Source: an uncultured Bacteroidales bacterium
GTDB taxonomy: Bacteria; Bacillota_I; Bacilli_A; ML615J-28; CAG-698
DNA: 46,703 nt
Direction: 5' to 3'
NCBI GenBank assembly: GCA_964646985.1
Contig: CAZYFI010000002.1
Span: 1 to 46,703, forward strand
The notes beneath the pieces are model-generated. The model did not search any database and was not told where the DNA came from. It was given only the letters and a program-made list of their open reading frames with translations. Shown here in pieces: positions 1-9,043 of this stretch. Each line of letters opens with the position of its first letter. The stretch's first letter is position 1. Both the position numbers and the translations under genes were made by a program.

Positions 1-1
1 A

Positions 2-30
2 AGTTAAAGAACTTTCTTTAACTTTTTTTT
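2..30. terminator. Hairpin plus T-run at the window edge, just 3' of nadK. It may also terminate an upstream + strand gene outside the window.
   Basis: Perfect 9-bp stem agttaaaga (2-10) / tctttaact (15-23) with a 4-nt loop, followed by a T-run at 24-30. Confidence 0.45.
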
Positions 31-775
31 ATTTTATAAATGATCTTTTTACCCGATGAAAAAAATCAGTATTTGGTTTTACAATAAACGATACCGTCCG
101 TGACGATAATTTCATTGTTACTTTATGCAAATCTTTAAAGTCTAGCAAGAATCCATCGGCACTCACAACCGGAGTTTGATTGGGAAGCATGATAAGCTCA
201 ATCTTTGATTGTTCGGATAGCACCAAAGGCGATGCCAAACTTTTAAACACTCGATTGTTAATCGGAGCAATTTCCGTTAATTGAATCGCTTTTATATTGG
301 GATCAATCACGCTTCCACCCAATGATTTATTATAAGCAGTACTGCCTGTTGGCGGAGAAACAAGCAAGCCTGTTCCACGAAATGTTTCAAATTGTTCATC
401 ATTGATGTATACATCAATATTTTGTGTATGAACAGGATTGATAATTGCCAGTTCATTCACAGCATACCCCTTGAACGTTGTTTGTTCATTGATCAATGTG
501 TATTCTAATATGTGAAACTGATTGATTTCAAATTCGTTGTTTTTCAGCATTTCACAAATCATTGGTAACTCATCTTTATCAAAATCAGTAAAAAACCCCA
601 ATCTACCAGTATTGATACCAATAAATTTGACCGTTTCTAATTGATCAATATATCGATGAATAGAGGAAAGCATCGTTCCATCGCCACCAAATGAAAACAC
701 AACATCGGGGTTTTCATCATCTCTTTGTAGATTGATTGCCAATGGTTCGTGTTTTCCAAACAAAGCATATTTCAT
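29..775 (-). CDS. nadK: NAD kinase
   Basis: 248-aa ORF with the NAD-kinase GGDGT motif (VFSFGGDGTMLS) and the TGSTAYNKSLGGS motif. It lies 4 nt downstream of relQ, as yjbM-yjbN do in B. subtilis. Confidence 0.9.
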   Translation of the reverse strand: MKYALFGKHEPLAINLQRDDENPDVVFSFGGDGTMLSSIHRYIDQLETVKFIGINTGRLGFFTDFDKDELPMICEMLKNNEFEINQFHILEYTLINEQTTFKGYAVNELAIINPVHTQNIDVYINDEQFETFRGTGLLVSPPTGSTAYNKSLGGSVIDPNIKAIQLTEIAPINNRVFKSLASPLVLSEQSKIELIMLPNQTPVVSADGFLLDFKDLHKVTMKLSSRTVSFIVKPNTDFFHRVKRSFIK

Positions 776-779
776 TTTA

Positions 780-1457
780 TCACCATTTTTTTACACTATT
801 CAAAAATAGTTCCATCTCATCAAGTTCAGGCTCATTTTCTCGCACTTTGTCCACCGAGATGTTGCCCATTGTTTGTTTGATCTTTGTCATTTCATCATCA
901 AGGCTAGCACAAATTTTTGAAGCCTGCAGCAAGCGTTCTTTTATTTCTTCAGGAATATGACGATAGTACTTATATTTTAAGGTATGTTCAATAGATGCCC
1001 ACAAATGCATGGCATGCGTTCTAATTTGAAACTCCATATTGATTGGCATACGACCATCAACGGTTTCAACGTTGTACCTAGCAATTAAATGCAGTGAGCG
1101 ATACCCACTTAATTTGGGTTCTTTGATATAGTCTTTCACCAAAAAGATATCAATGTCTTTACGTGCCATCAAAAGTTCAGACACTGTATACACATCTTCG
1201 ATATATTTACAAGTAACACGAATTCCGGCAATATCATATATGCCTTCCGTAATGTGATTAAAATCAATATTTAATCTTTCAGCTTTTTCTAAAATACTAC
1301 TCACTGATTTGACTCGGCCCGAGACAATCTCAATGGGATTGTTGACATTCTTTAATAAAAATTCTTTGCGCATTGCTTCAAGCTTAATAATAAAGCCGCC
1401 CACAGCCAATTCATATGGCAATAAAAAGGATTGCCAATATAGATTTTCATTAATCAT
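780..1457 (-). CDS. relQ: Small alarmone synthetase (GTP pyrophosphokinase, RelQ/YjbM type)
   Basis: 225 aa, single RelA/SpoT synthetase domain. Motifs seen: DIAGIRV, SGYRSLHL, EFQIRTHAMHLWASIEH. Collinear by eye with B. subtilis YjbM. Confidence 0.85.
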   Translation of the reverse strand: MINENLYWQSFLLPYELAVGGFIIKLEAMRKEFLLKNVNNPIEIVSGRVKSVSSILEKAERLNIDFNHITEGIYDIAGIRVTCKYIEDVYTVSELLMARKDIDIFLVKDYIKEPKLSGYRSLHLIARYNVETVDGRMPINMEFQIRTHAMHLWASIEHTLKYKYYRHIPEEIKERLLQASKICASLDDEMTKIKQTMGNISVDKVRENEPELDEMELFLNSVKKW

Positions 1458-1633
1458 GTTTGATTCCTTTCATAACAATTAAAATCATCATCTATATTTT
1501 AACACAAAAACCAACTTATTTGTATCATTTAATTTATTTTTTACAAAAAGTGCATTTTCAAAAAACATATTGCATTTTGTGATATTATATGTATAATATA
1601 CTATGATAAATAAAGGAAGGATGTCTACCAATT

Positions 1634-2203
1634 ATGCACACCAATACTGAAGTTGAATTTAAAACGCTATTATCAAAAGAGGAATATGAGCGTTTAATGG
1701 AAAAGTTTCGCGGCAATCGTACCGATTCGCAAACAAACCATTATTTTGACACACCTCGTTTCTCTTTAAAAGCACTTGACGCTTCTCTTCGTGTTCGGGA
1801 ACGTGATGATTTAGAATTAACCTTAAAACGTAAAAAAGGCTATGCCATGCAAGAATTTACCATTCCGATTGACGTAGAAACCTTTGGGGAAATTAGAACT
1901 ACAGGATTGGTTCCTGATAGTGAAATTAAAAATGAGTTAAGCCCGTTAATTGGATCACAAAAACTTGTTAACTTTTTAAGCCTTTCAACCGTTAGAATGT
2001 ATATGCCTTATAAAACTGGGGTCTTATTTATTGATAAAAGCGATTATTTAGGAACAACAGATTATGAATTAGAATATGAGGCAAAAACATATAGCGGTGG
2101 AAAAAAAGAATTCATTCAAATTATCAACGAATTAGAAATTCAATATCGCAAAAGCGATAAGAAAATTCGCCGAGCATATAACGCGTATAAAAAACTGCAT
2201 TAA
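1634..2203 (+). CDS. CYTH-domain (triphosphate tunnel metalloenzyme) protein, YjbK-like
   Basis: 189 aa with an N-terminal ExExK motif (EVEFK). Size and position, divergent from relQ, match B. subtilis yjbK. A TTGCAT-16-TATAAT promoter-like sequence lies upstream. Confidence 0.75.
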   Translation: MHTNTEVEFKTLLSKEEYERLMEKFRGNRTDSQTNHYFDTPRFSLKALDASLRVRERDDLELTLKRKKGYAMQEFTIPIDVETFGEIRTTGLVPDSEIKNELSPLIGSQKLVNFLSLSTVRMYMPYKTGVLFIDKSDYLGTTDYELEYEAKTYSGGKKEFIQIINELEIQYRKSDKKIRRAYNAYKKLH

Positions 2204-2207
2204 AAAA

Positions 2208-2239
2208 TGGCTAAGAGTTTAATCTTAGCCACTTTTTTT
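2208..2239. terminator. Bidirectional terminator between the convergent CYTH gene and spx
   Basis: Stem tggctaaga (2208-2216) / tcttagcca (2223-2231), flanked by an A-run upstream and a T-run downstream. Confidence 0.7.
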
Positions 2240-2675
2240 ATGCTGATTTATCGATAATTCTAATTGCCTTGCGATATTCACAATCTTTTATTGGAACACA
2301 GTCTTGGCACTCAATGTCGCGTAGTTCTTGAGGAAGGAATAATTCAATATCATCATCGTTATAACCAACTTGAATTTCAAAGTCAGTCACAATGATTGGT
2401 CTTTTTAATACGCTTGGATTGTTCACGATAAAATCAATCAATTCATTGGTTTTCATCTTTTCTAAATCAACATTTAATTCTTTAAAAACATTTGATCTTG
2501 TAGAAATGATGTCTTCAAAGCCGTTTTCACTATTCATTAACATCTTGTAGATATCATCTCGATATAAAGGTGTTGAAAGAATATTTTTTTCTGTGTAGGG
2601 AATTTTATACTGTTGAAAGTATTTTTTTACTTTTCTACACGATGAACAGCTAGGAGAAGTATAAAGTTTTATCAT
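2238..2675 (-). CDS. spx: Spx-family (ArsC-fold) redox-sensing transcriptional regulator with an atypical Cys-rich C-terminal tail
   Basis: N-terminal MIKLYTSPSCSSCRKVKKYF carries the CxxC redox switch. Collinear with B. subtilis Spx up to FLPQELR. RBS aaaggaggg lies upstream. Confidence 0.85.
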   Translation of the reverse strand: MIKLYTSPSCSSCRKVKKYFQQYKIPYTEKNILSTPLYRDDIYKMLMNSENGFEDIISTRSNVFKELNVDLEKMKTNELIDFIVNNPSVLKRPIIVTDFEIQVGYNDDDIELFLPQELRDIECQDCVPIKDCEYRKAIRIIDKSA

Positions 2676-2702
2676 AGTTCCCTCCTTTAAAAATAGTTTT
2701 TG

Positions 2703-2909
2703 TTATCTTCCCGCAAAAAATATGAGCCACATGATGAAAGCAAGGGTCCCTAATACGCCAATGGTAGGTAATACAAACATTAGGAAAGCAGCAATCATCA
2801 TTGCTCCAAAATCCCCTTTTTCTAAAGGCGTTTCTCGCAAATTTTCGCGTGCTTTTTGCTCTTGCTCGGGCGTAAATTTAAGACGGTTTAATAGTTTCTG
2901 TTTCTTCAT
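2703..2909 (-). CDS. Hypothetical small membrane protein (68 aa: charged N-terminus plus one or two TM segments)
   Basis: ORF fills the oppF-spx gap. It has a hydrophobic C-terminal half (MMIAAFLMFVLPTIGVLGTLAFIMWLIFFA). No clear SD, and it overlaps the oppF 3' end by 32 nt. Confidence 0.4.
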   Translation of the reverse strand: MKKQKLLNRLKFTPEQEQKARENLRETPLEKGDFGAMMIAAFLMFVLPTIGVLGTLAFIMWLIFFAGR

Positions 2910-5034
2910 AGAAATGACATGCTACAAAGCGACCTGGTTCCACTTCGCGGAATTCAGGAACACGTTGAGCACACTCCTTACGAGCCAATGGGCAACGAGT
3001 TCTAAACTTGCAACCACTTGGTGGGAATACATTCGATGGAATGTCTCCGGCTAAGAAAATGCGTTGTTTTGTGCCCTGATCAGTAGTTGGAATTGCGGAA
3101 ATAAGGGCTTTTGTATAAGGGTGAAGCGGACGTTGATAAACTTCATCAGCATTACCTAACTCAACAATTTTACCCAAATACATGACACCAATACGGTCAC
3201 TAATATGTTTGATAACACTCAAATCATGAGAAATAAACAAATAGGTCAAATTCTCTTGATCGCGTAAATCTTCTAACAAATTGATGATTTGTGATTGAAT
3301 CGAAACGTCCAAAGCACTTACTGCTTCATCACAAACGATGAACTTAGGATTGACAGCCAAAGCTCTGGCAATACCAATTCTTTGGCGTTGACCACCAGAG
3401 AATTGATGTGGGTAACGATGCAACATATATGGTGCAAGTCCACATTTTTCCATTACTTCTAAGATGATATCTTGATAAGATTCTTTCACCTTATTCTCTA
3501 CATTGTGCGCTTTGAGTCCTTCTCCAATGATTTGTCCAACTGTTAAACGTGGATTCAATGAAGAATATGGATCTTGGAAGATTAATTGCATGTCTTGACG
3601 TAAGCGACGCATTTCTTCTGAGGTTAAGCGTGATAAATCAAGTCCTTTTTCTTTCTTTTCTTCCAACATTGCATACATTGGATGAGATGATACTCTTTCA
3701 TTCGCATCTTTAATGGATTGAGTAAGTTGTTTGCTTAATTCACTTAAACGATAATTATCAGTTTGCAACACTTCAATTTTTGCTTGTAGTTTTTCAATTC
3801 TTTCTTGAAAAACATCTTTTTGAAATTGGGTATATTTATCTGATTCATCTGCTAATTTTTGTTCTTGTTTGAATTTATTTACTTCTAGTATTTGCAACTT
3901 ATCACGATTGATTTGCATTTTGTGAAGAGCATCAATGTTTTTAAATAATGTTTTCGCGACTTCATCGATATCGTTAGATAAAATAAAGGCACCTGTAACA
4001 TTGGATGTTTTTTCTAATAATTTTTCGATTTTTTTGTTTAATCTAGCGATTTGTTTCTTTTCTTGTTCAAAATTATTAAAATCTTTTAACTTTTTGATTT
4101 GTTTTTGCTTTTCAAAGTGAATCAATTTTTGCGCAACAAGTTTTGAAAGAATCTCAGTATTTAATTCAATTGGTTTTTCCAAAAGCGATTTGATTCTAGC
4201 AATACTCTTAGAAACGTCATCTTTAATAATATTAATATTTTTTTGTGCTTCACGAATATCGATATCAACTTCAATAATATGACTTTGCGCTTTACGTTCT
4301 GCAATAGATAGTTTTTTATTTAAATCAGCAATTAAGTTTAAATCAGCGTTTTCAAGTTGTTTTCTAATTTTTGCAACTTCATTTTCTGCTTTTACATTTT
4401 TAATCTTTTTTTGCTTTTCTAATTCTTTTTCTAAATCTACAATTTTTAATTCTAGTTTTGCAATTTTTTCTTCACTTTTATAAATAAACTCATCTAACTT
4501 CAAAGCTTGTTTGATTGCTTTGATGTTATTAGATGAAAAGAAAGTCCCGCATTCATTACGACATTGATCAGCAATTACGTCACATTCACTTTGTAGTTTC
4601 GTGATTTCATTTTCATTTGCTTTACGTTTTTCTGCTAAAGTTTGATCATGCTTTTGCGCTTCAATTTTTTCCTCAATTTTTGGAACAGCAGTTGATAATC
4701 GTTCGTATTTTACACGCGAATTCTTTAAACGGTTGATTTCTTTAAAAAGATATCGTGGTGAATAATCTTCAAGAGTATATCCATAATAAATAATTTTCCC
4801 TGAAGTGATTGGATAAAGTTGCAATAATACGCGCCCCAATGTTGATTTTCCACAACCACTTTCTCCAACCAATCCTAGCGTTTCTCCTTTATGGATTACT
4901 AAATCAACGCCATCGTTGGCTTTTACTGTTAGTACTTCTCGCTGGAATAAACGGGTTTTTTTCAATGGAAAATATTTTTTCATGCCCACAATTTTAATTA
5001 GTGGTTCGTTTGTTAATACTTTACTTTTTCCCAT
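2878..5034 (-). CDS. oppF: Oligopeptide ABC transporter ATP-binding protein OppF with a coiled-coil insertion of about 385 aa
   Basis: Walker A GESGCGKST, Q-loop IFQDP, signature FSGGQRQR, Walker B FIVCDEA, H-loop ISHD, and C-terminal oligo_HPY motif HPYTKALISAIP. Start reassigned to ATG 5034 (MGKSKV...) behind RBS GAGGAG. The track ORF start at 5091 lies inside oppD. Confidence 0.85.
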   Translation of the reverse strand: MGKSKVLTNEPLIKIVGMKKYFPLKKTRLFQREVLTVKANDGVDLVIHKGETLGLVGESGCGKSTLGRVLLQLYPITSGKIIYYGYTLEDYSPRYLFKEINRLKNSRVKYERLSTAVPKIEEKIEAQKHDQTLAEKRKANENEITKLQSECDVIADQCRNECGTFFSSNNIKAIKQALKLDEFIYKSEEKIAKLELKIVDLEKELEKQKKIKNVKAENEVAKIRKQLENADLNLIADLNKKLSIAERKAQSHIIEVDIDIREAQKNINIIKDDVSKSIARIKSLLEKPIELNTEILSKLVAQKLIHFEKQKQIKKLKDFNNFEQEKKQIARLNKKIEKLLEKTSNVTGAFILSNDIDEVAKTLFKNIDALHKMQINRDKLQILEVNKFKQEQKLADESDKYTQFQKDVFQERIEKLQAKIEVLQTDNYRLSELSKQLTQSIKDANERVSSHPMYAMLEEKKEKGLDLSRLTSEEMRRLRQDMQLIFQDPYSSLNPRLTVGQIIGEGLKAHNVENKVKESYQDIILEVMEKCGLAPYMLHRYPHQFSGGQRQRIGIARALAVNPKFIVCDEAVSALDVSIQSQIINLLEDLRDQENLTYLFISHDLSVIKHISDRIGVMYLGKIVELGNADEVYQRPLHPYTKALISAIPTTDQGTKQRIFLAGDIPSNVFPPSGCKFRTRCPLARKECAQRVPEFREVEPGRFVACHFYEETETIKPS

Positions 5035-6019
5035 TATGTCTCTCCTCGATGTTCGGATAGAAACAGCGCACCGACTGAATGTCAGTAACATGAACTAAAT
5101 CTGGTTCTTCATTGATACATCTTTCCGTAGCATATTTGCATCTTGGTGCAAATTTGCATCCTTTTGGCAAATCAAGCGGATGGGGAACGGCGCCAGGAAT
5201 TGCTTCTAAGCGGTCTTTATCTGTTGATAAGCGGGGAATCGAAGTCATAAGACCTTCTGTGTATGGATGGGAGAATTTTCCAGTATCCGAAAATATCGTA
5301 CTAACCGGGGCTTTTTCTACAATCTCACCACAATACATAACAACAACATCATCCGCCATTTCATTAATAACACCTAAGTCATGGGTGATGAAAATAATTG
5401 ACATGTTCGATTCTTTTTTCAAATCATTCATTAATTTTAAAATTTGTGCTTGAATGGTAACGTCTAAAGCTGTGGTAGGCTCATCCGCAATCAAGATTCG
5501 TGGACGGCAAGCAAGTGCCATAGCAATCATAACCCTTTGACGCATCCCACCACTCAATTGATGTGGATATGTTTTTGCGACTTTTTCCGGGTTAGGGATG
5601 CCAACTTCACGAAGCAAATCAACGCTTTTCACATAGGATTCTTTTTTACTCATTCCTTGGTGAATTTGAAATACTTCACCAATTTGACGTTCTACCGTGA
5701 AAACAGGATTTAAAGAGGTCATGGGTTCTTGGAAAATGACAGATATTTTATTCCCACGAACATGTTGCATGGCTCTTTCGCTTACTTCAACTAAATTTGT
5801 TCCTTCAAGATAAATTTCACCTTGATCAATATAACCATTGCCATCGAGCAATCGCAGAATAGACATTGCGGAAACACTTTTTCCAGATCCACTCTCACCA
5901 ACAATGCCAAGAGTTCTTCCTTCATCAAGTGTATACGAAACACCATTCACAGCTTTTACTACACCGCGCTTGGTTTTAAAATATGTATGTAAATTTTTAA
6001 CTTCTAATAATAACGACAT
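5021..6019 (-). CDS. oppD: Oligopeptide ABC transporter ATP-binding protein OppD
   Basis: 332 aa. Walker A GESGSGKS, signature LSGGMRQR, Walker B ILIADEPTTALD, HPYTEGLMTSIP. RBS AGGAGG upstream. Confidence 0.9.
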   Translation of the reverse strand: MSLLLEVKNLHTYFKTKRGVVKAVNGVSYTLDEGRTLGIVGESGSGKSVSAMSILRLLDGNGYIDQGEIYLEGTNLVEVSERAMQHVRGNKISVIFQEPMTSLNPVFTVERQIGEVFQIHQGMSKKESYVKSVDLLREVGIPNPEKVAKTYPHQLSGGMRQRVMIAMALACRPRILIADEPTTALDVTIQAQILKLMNDLKKESNMSIIFITHDLGVINEMADDVVVMYCGEIVEKAPVSTIFSDTGKFSHPYTEGLMTSIPRLSTDKDRLEAIPGAVPHPLDLPKGCKFAPRCKYATERCINEEPDLVHVTDIQSVRCFYPNIEERHNGKK

Positions 6020-6028
6020 ATGGTCCTC

Positions 6029-8017
6029 CTACCTTTCTCTTGACCTTGGGTCAACAGCATCACGAATAGCATCGCCAATAATGTTAATGCTAATTGTAGA
6101 AATACACAAGAAAATGGATGGGAATACCCAGCGCCACCAAGCTGCTTTAATGACTGACATTTCTTGTGCTCCACTAAGCATGTTACCCCAAGAAGGAGCT
6201 GGTAATTGTACACCAAAGCCTAAGAAAGACAATCCTGATTCAGTCAGCAATGAGCTTGCATAACCTAAAGTTGCATTGATAATAATAATCGTAAGAACGT
6301 TAGGAATGATATGTTTGAATATAATTGCTCGGGATTTAACGCCCAATGCTTTCGCAGCAACTACGAACTCTTTTTCACGTTCAGACAAAATTTGAGCACG
6401 AATTAATTGCGCCAAACCTGTCCAACTTAGAACACCTAAGATTACCATGATCATAACCATTCTATCTGTGGTATCAAAATCAGCATTTGCTTGATTTAAG
6501 ATAACCGACAAGGTCATGGCCAACGGGAAGAAAGGAATGGAACCGACAATTTCTGCAAAACGCATCAATAAGATATCAACTTTTCCACCATAAAAACCAG
6601 AAATACCACCAACGATGATACCAATTGTTGTAGAAATAACAACGGCAACCAAACCAATTGTTAAGGAAATTCTTCCGCCATTTACAACACGGGCAAATAC
6701 ATCACGGCCATATTCATCAGTACCAAACAAATGTCCTTTGTGTCCATAAGCTCCTAGCAAATTGCCTTCAGCATCTGTTACAAAATTTTGGAAAAAGCTT
6801 GAATAAATATTAACCGCTTGGGTTCCTTCACTTAATTCTTTTGGAACATCTGTTGCTCCATAAGTATCATCACCCCAAGAATAAACAGATCCATCATCCA
6901 AAATTGCAGAGATGTGTTGATAATTATCTGAACCAACAGCTGTCTTAGAAATTTTAACTACTCTTCCTTGAATTGCAGGATCAAAGTCTAATTCTTTCGA
7001 TAGATTATCTCCCCATACAACAATGGTTCCGTCTTCCCTTAAAACAACAGCACTACCAGCAGTAGTAACAAGTTGCTTGCCTTTTGCATCAGGTCCTAGT
7101 AAGACTGCAGGAATATTGGTTGAAACAGAGCCTGTACCAACGACTTTCACTGTTCCGTCATCAAGTAAGAAAGTTATGTTTTCTCGAGAAAAGCCAGCAT
7201 AAACGGCCTTTTTCCCTACCAAAGCTTGTACTAAATTATAAGGTCGTTTCGAAGTGTTTCCCCACATGAATACGCGGTTTTTGTTAGTAATTACAATCGT
7301 AACTTGGTTTTCTGCAACTACTTCAAGAACGCCGCCATCATCTTCAATTGCCTTCACAACATTGACTGGAGAAACATATCCTTTCATAAGCAAACTAGTT
7401 GGAATGTTTGTAATGCCAAAAGAAATGGTCTCGGTCACCAAACCAAAAGAAATCAAAGAGCCGTCCATTTTTTCTAAAACAAAGTGTTCAGTTCCGGCCC
7501 AAACACGTTTTGCTTTTAAACCCACAGTAATTGCTTCACCTTTTTTAATATCATCTGGTGCTGCTCCGCCTGATGGAAATCCTTCAGCAATTTTATCGAC
7601 GTCTACACCCCAAATATAAACATTGTTTTCTTTATCAATGCCCATACTAAAAGTTGATGCAACAGCAATGTCTAAAATTCCATTTTCCTTTAGTTTATCT
7701 GGAACACTCAACATTGAAAATCCAGGACTAATATTTGCTTGTGTTTTATTCACATAATAGATATCTGCTTTGATAAAAAGACTTCCAACAAAACAAAATA
7801 ATAATACTGCTAAAAAGACGCTAAGCCCAATAATTGCAAGTTTGTTTTTTACAAACTTTTTCGCTGTTACTTTAAGAGGGCTTTGTACAGCTTCTTCTTC
7901 AAGAATCGTCATCTCTTTGTGTGTACCAAAAAAACTTCTGGAAAACATCGATTTGATTGCACGGCCAATAACGATAAATATCTCTTTTATGTTTTGAAAT
8001 AAATTTCTTTTTTTCAT
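6029..8017 (-). CDS. oppC: Oligopeptide ABC permease OppC with a large extracytoplasmic RCC1-like repeat insertion
   Basis: The C-terminal 230 aa or so is a canonical OppC/DppC membrane domain (GTDEYGRDVFARV..., EAA-type loop AAKALGVKSRAIIFKHIIPN). Residues ~83-430, after TM1, are extra (see findings). Confidence 0.85.
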   Translation of the reverse strand: MKKRNLFQNIKEIFIVIGRAIKSMFSRSFFGTHKEMTILEEEAVQSPLKVTAKKFVKNKLAIIGLSVFLAVLLFCFVGSLFIKADIYYVNKTQANISPGFSMLSVPDKLKENGILDIAVASTFSMGIDKENNVYIWGVDVDKIAEGFPSGGAAPDDIKKGEAITVGLKAKRVWAGTEHFVLEKMDGSLISFGLVTETISFGITNIPTSLLMKGYVSPVNVVKAIEDDGGVLEVVAENQVTIVITNKNRVFMWGNTSKRPYNLVQALVGKKAVYAGFSRENITFLLDDGTVKVVGTGSVSTNIPAVLLGPDAKGKQLVTTAGSAVVLREDGTIVVWGDNLSKELDFDPAIQGRVVKISKTAVGSDNYQHISAILDDGSVYSWGDDTYGATDVPKELSEGTQAVNIYSSFFQNFVTDAEGNLLGAYGHKGHLFGTDEYGRDVFARVVNGGRISLTIGLVAVVISTTIGIIVGGISGFYGGKVDILLMRFAEIVGSIPFFPLAMTLSVILNQANADFDTTDRMVMIMVILGVLSWTGLAQLIRAQILSEREKEFVVAAKALGVKSRAIIFKHIIPNVLTIIIINATLGYASSLLTESGLSFLGFGVQLPAPSWGNMLSGAQEMSVIKAAWWRWVFPSIFLCISTISINIIGDAIRDAVDPRSRER

Positions 8018-8020
8018 ATT

Positions 8021-9025
8021 TTACCCCAACTTAACCCTTGGATCAACAACAGTATAGAGCAAATCCAGTAATAAATTTCCAACTAATCCGAGCATTGTGT
8101 AAAACAAATTCATTGCTAGAATAACAGCATAATCTGGTCCTTGCATAAGGGCGTCATAGAGGGTTTTCCCCATTCCCTTCCAAGCGAAAATGGTCTCAGT
8201 AATAGTAGATCCACCAAATATTCCTAACATCCATCCAGTCATGATGGTAACAACAGGAATCATGGCATTACGAAAAGCATGAGAATAAATAACGACTTTT
8301 TCACGAAGTCCTTTTGCTCTTGCTGTTCGAATATAGTCTTGCGTTAAAATATCAATCATCGTACCACGTACATATCGGGTAATTCCCGCAAGAGATGATA
8401 CAGTCAATACAAACACTGGTAAAACCATGTATTTCAAATTATCTAAAAATCTTTGGAACCACGTCATTTGTTCGCGTAAAATGATTCCGGAATTGCTTCC
8501 GCTACTTGGTAAAATTCCTAACCAAGCTGAAAACACTAAAATTGAAATCAAGCCAACGAAAAAACTTGGAATCGACATTCCAACGATTGTGAAAACTTGA
8601 ACACCGTTATCAAAAGTTGAGTATTTTTTGACAGCCGTTTTAATTCCCAAAGGAAACGTAATGGCAAAAACACAGATAAGCACGAATACATTTAATTTAA
8701 TGGTGTTAACCATTGGTGCTTTAATATACCGTAATACTTCAACTCGACTTTGTAAAGTATAGCCAAAATTACCTTGCAATGTTTCTTTTAGCCACATGAA
8801 ATATTGAATAATCAATGGTTGACCAATACCCAAGTCAATTTGAGCTTGCTTAATCATTAACACATACAAATCAGGATCCGATTGTTTTAATGATTGGTCA
8901 ACATACGCCATAACTCTGGCCATATCACCACCAGGAATTGATTTATATAAGAAAAACAATATGACAGTAATTATAAATGCAACAAAGAAGATATATAAAA
9001 TTCTTTTTATAATATATCTAGACAA
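8021..9025 (-). CDS. oppB: Oligopeptide ABC permease OppB
   Basis: BPD_transp_1-type permease (TARAKGLREKVVIYSHAFRNA). The track ORF begins with TTG at 9046. However, AAGGAGG at 9032-9040 sits 6 nt before a second in-frame TTG at 9025 (MSRYIIKRILY...), which is the typical OppB N-terminus. The start is therefore uncertain between 9025 and 9046. Confidence 0.8.
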   Translation of the reverse strand: MSRYIIKRILYIFFVAFIITVILFFLYKSIPGGDMARVMAYVDQSLKQSDPDLYVLMIKQAQIDLGIGQPLIIQYFMWLKETLQGNFGYTLQSRVEVLRYIKAPMVNTIKLNVFVLICVFAITFPLGIKTAVKKYSTFDNGVQVFTIVGMSIPSFFVGLISILVFSAWLGILPSSGSNSGIILREQMTWFQRFLDNLKYMVLPVFVLTVSSLAGITRYVRGTMIDILTQDYIRTARAKGLREKVVIYSHAFRNAMIPVVTIMTGWMLGIFGGSTITETIFAWKGMGKTLYDALMQGPDYAVILAMNLFYTMLGLVGNLLLDLLYTVVDPRVKLG

Positions 9026-9043
9026 ACTAGTTTCCTCCTTTTT

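Noticed and set aside
4530-4580. Cys cluster SECDVIADQCRNECG in the OppF insert as a Rad50-like zinc hook
   Set aside because: It lies about 80 residues into an insert of about 385 residues, not at the midpoint expected for the apex of an antiparallel coiled coil. It also lacks the CxxC spacing.
5838-6263. 141-aa + strand ORF, and similar antisense ORFs at 7254-7619, 18250-18639, 23409-23708, 24291-24668, 17524-17880 and 38405-38617
   Set aside because: All lie entirely inside well-supported minus-strand genes, lack SD sequences, and have no recognisable motifs. They are typical shadow ORFs.
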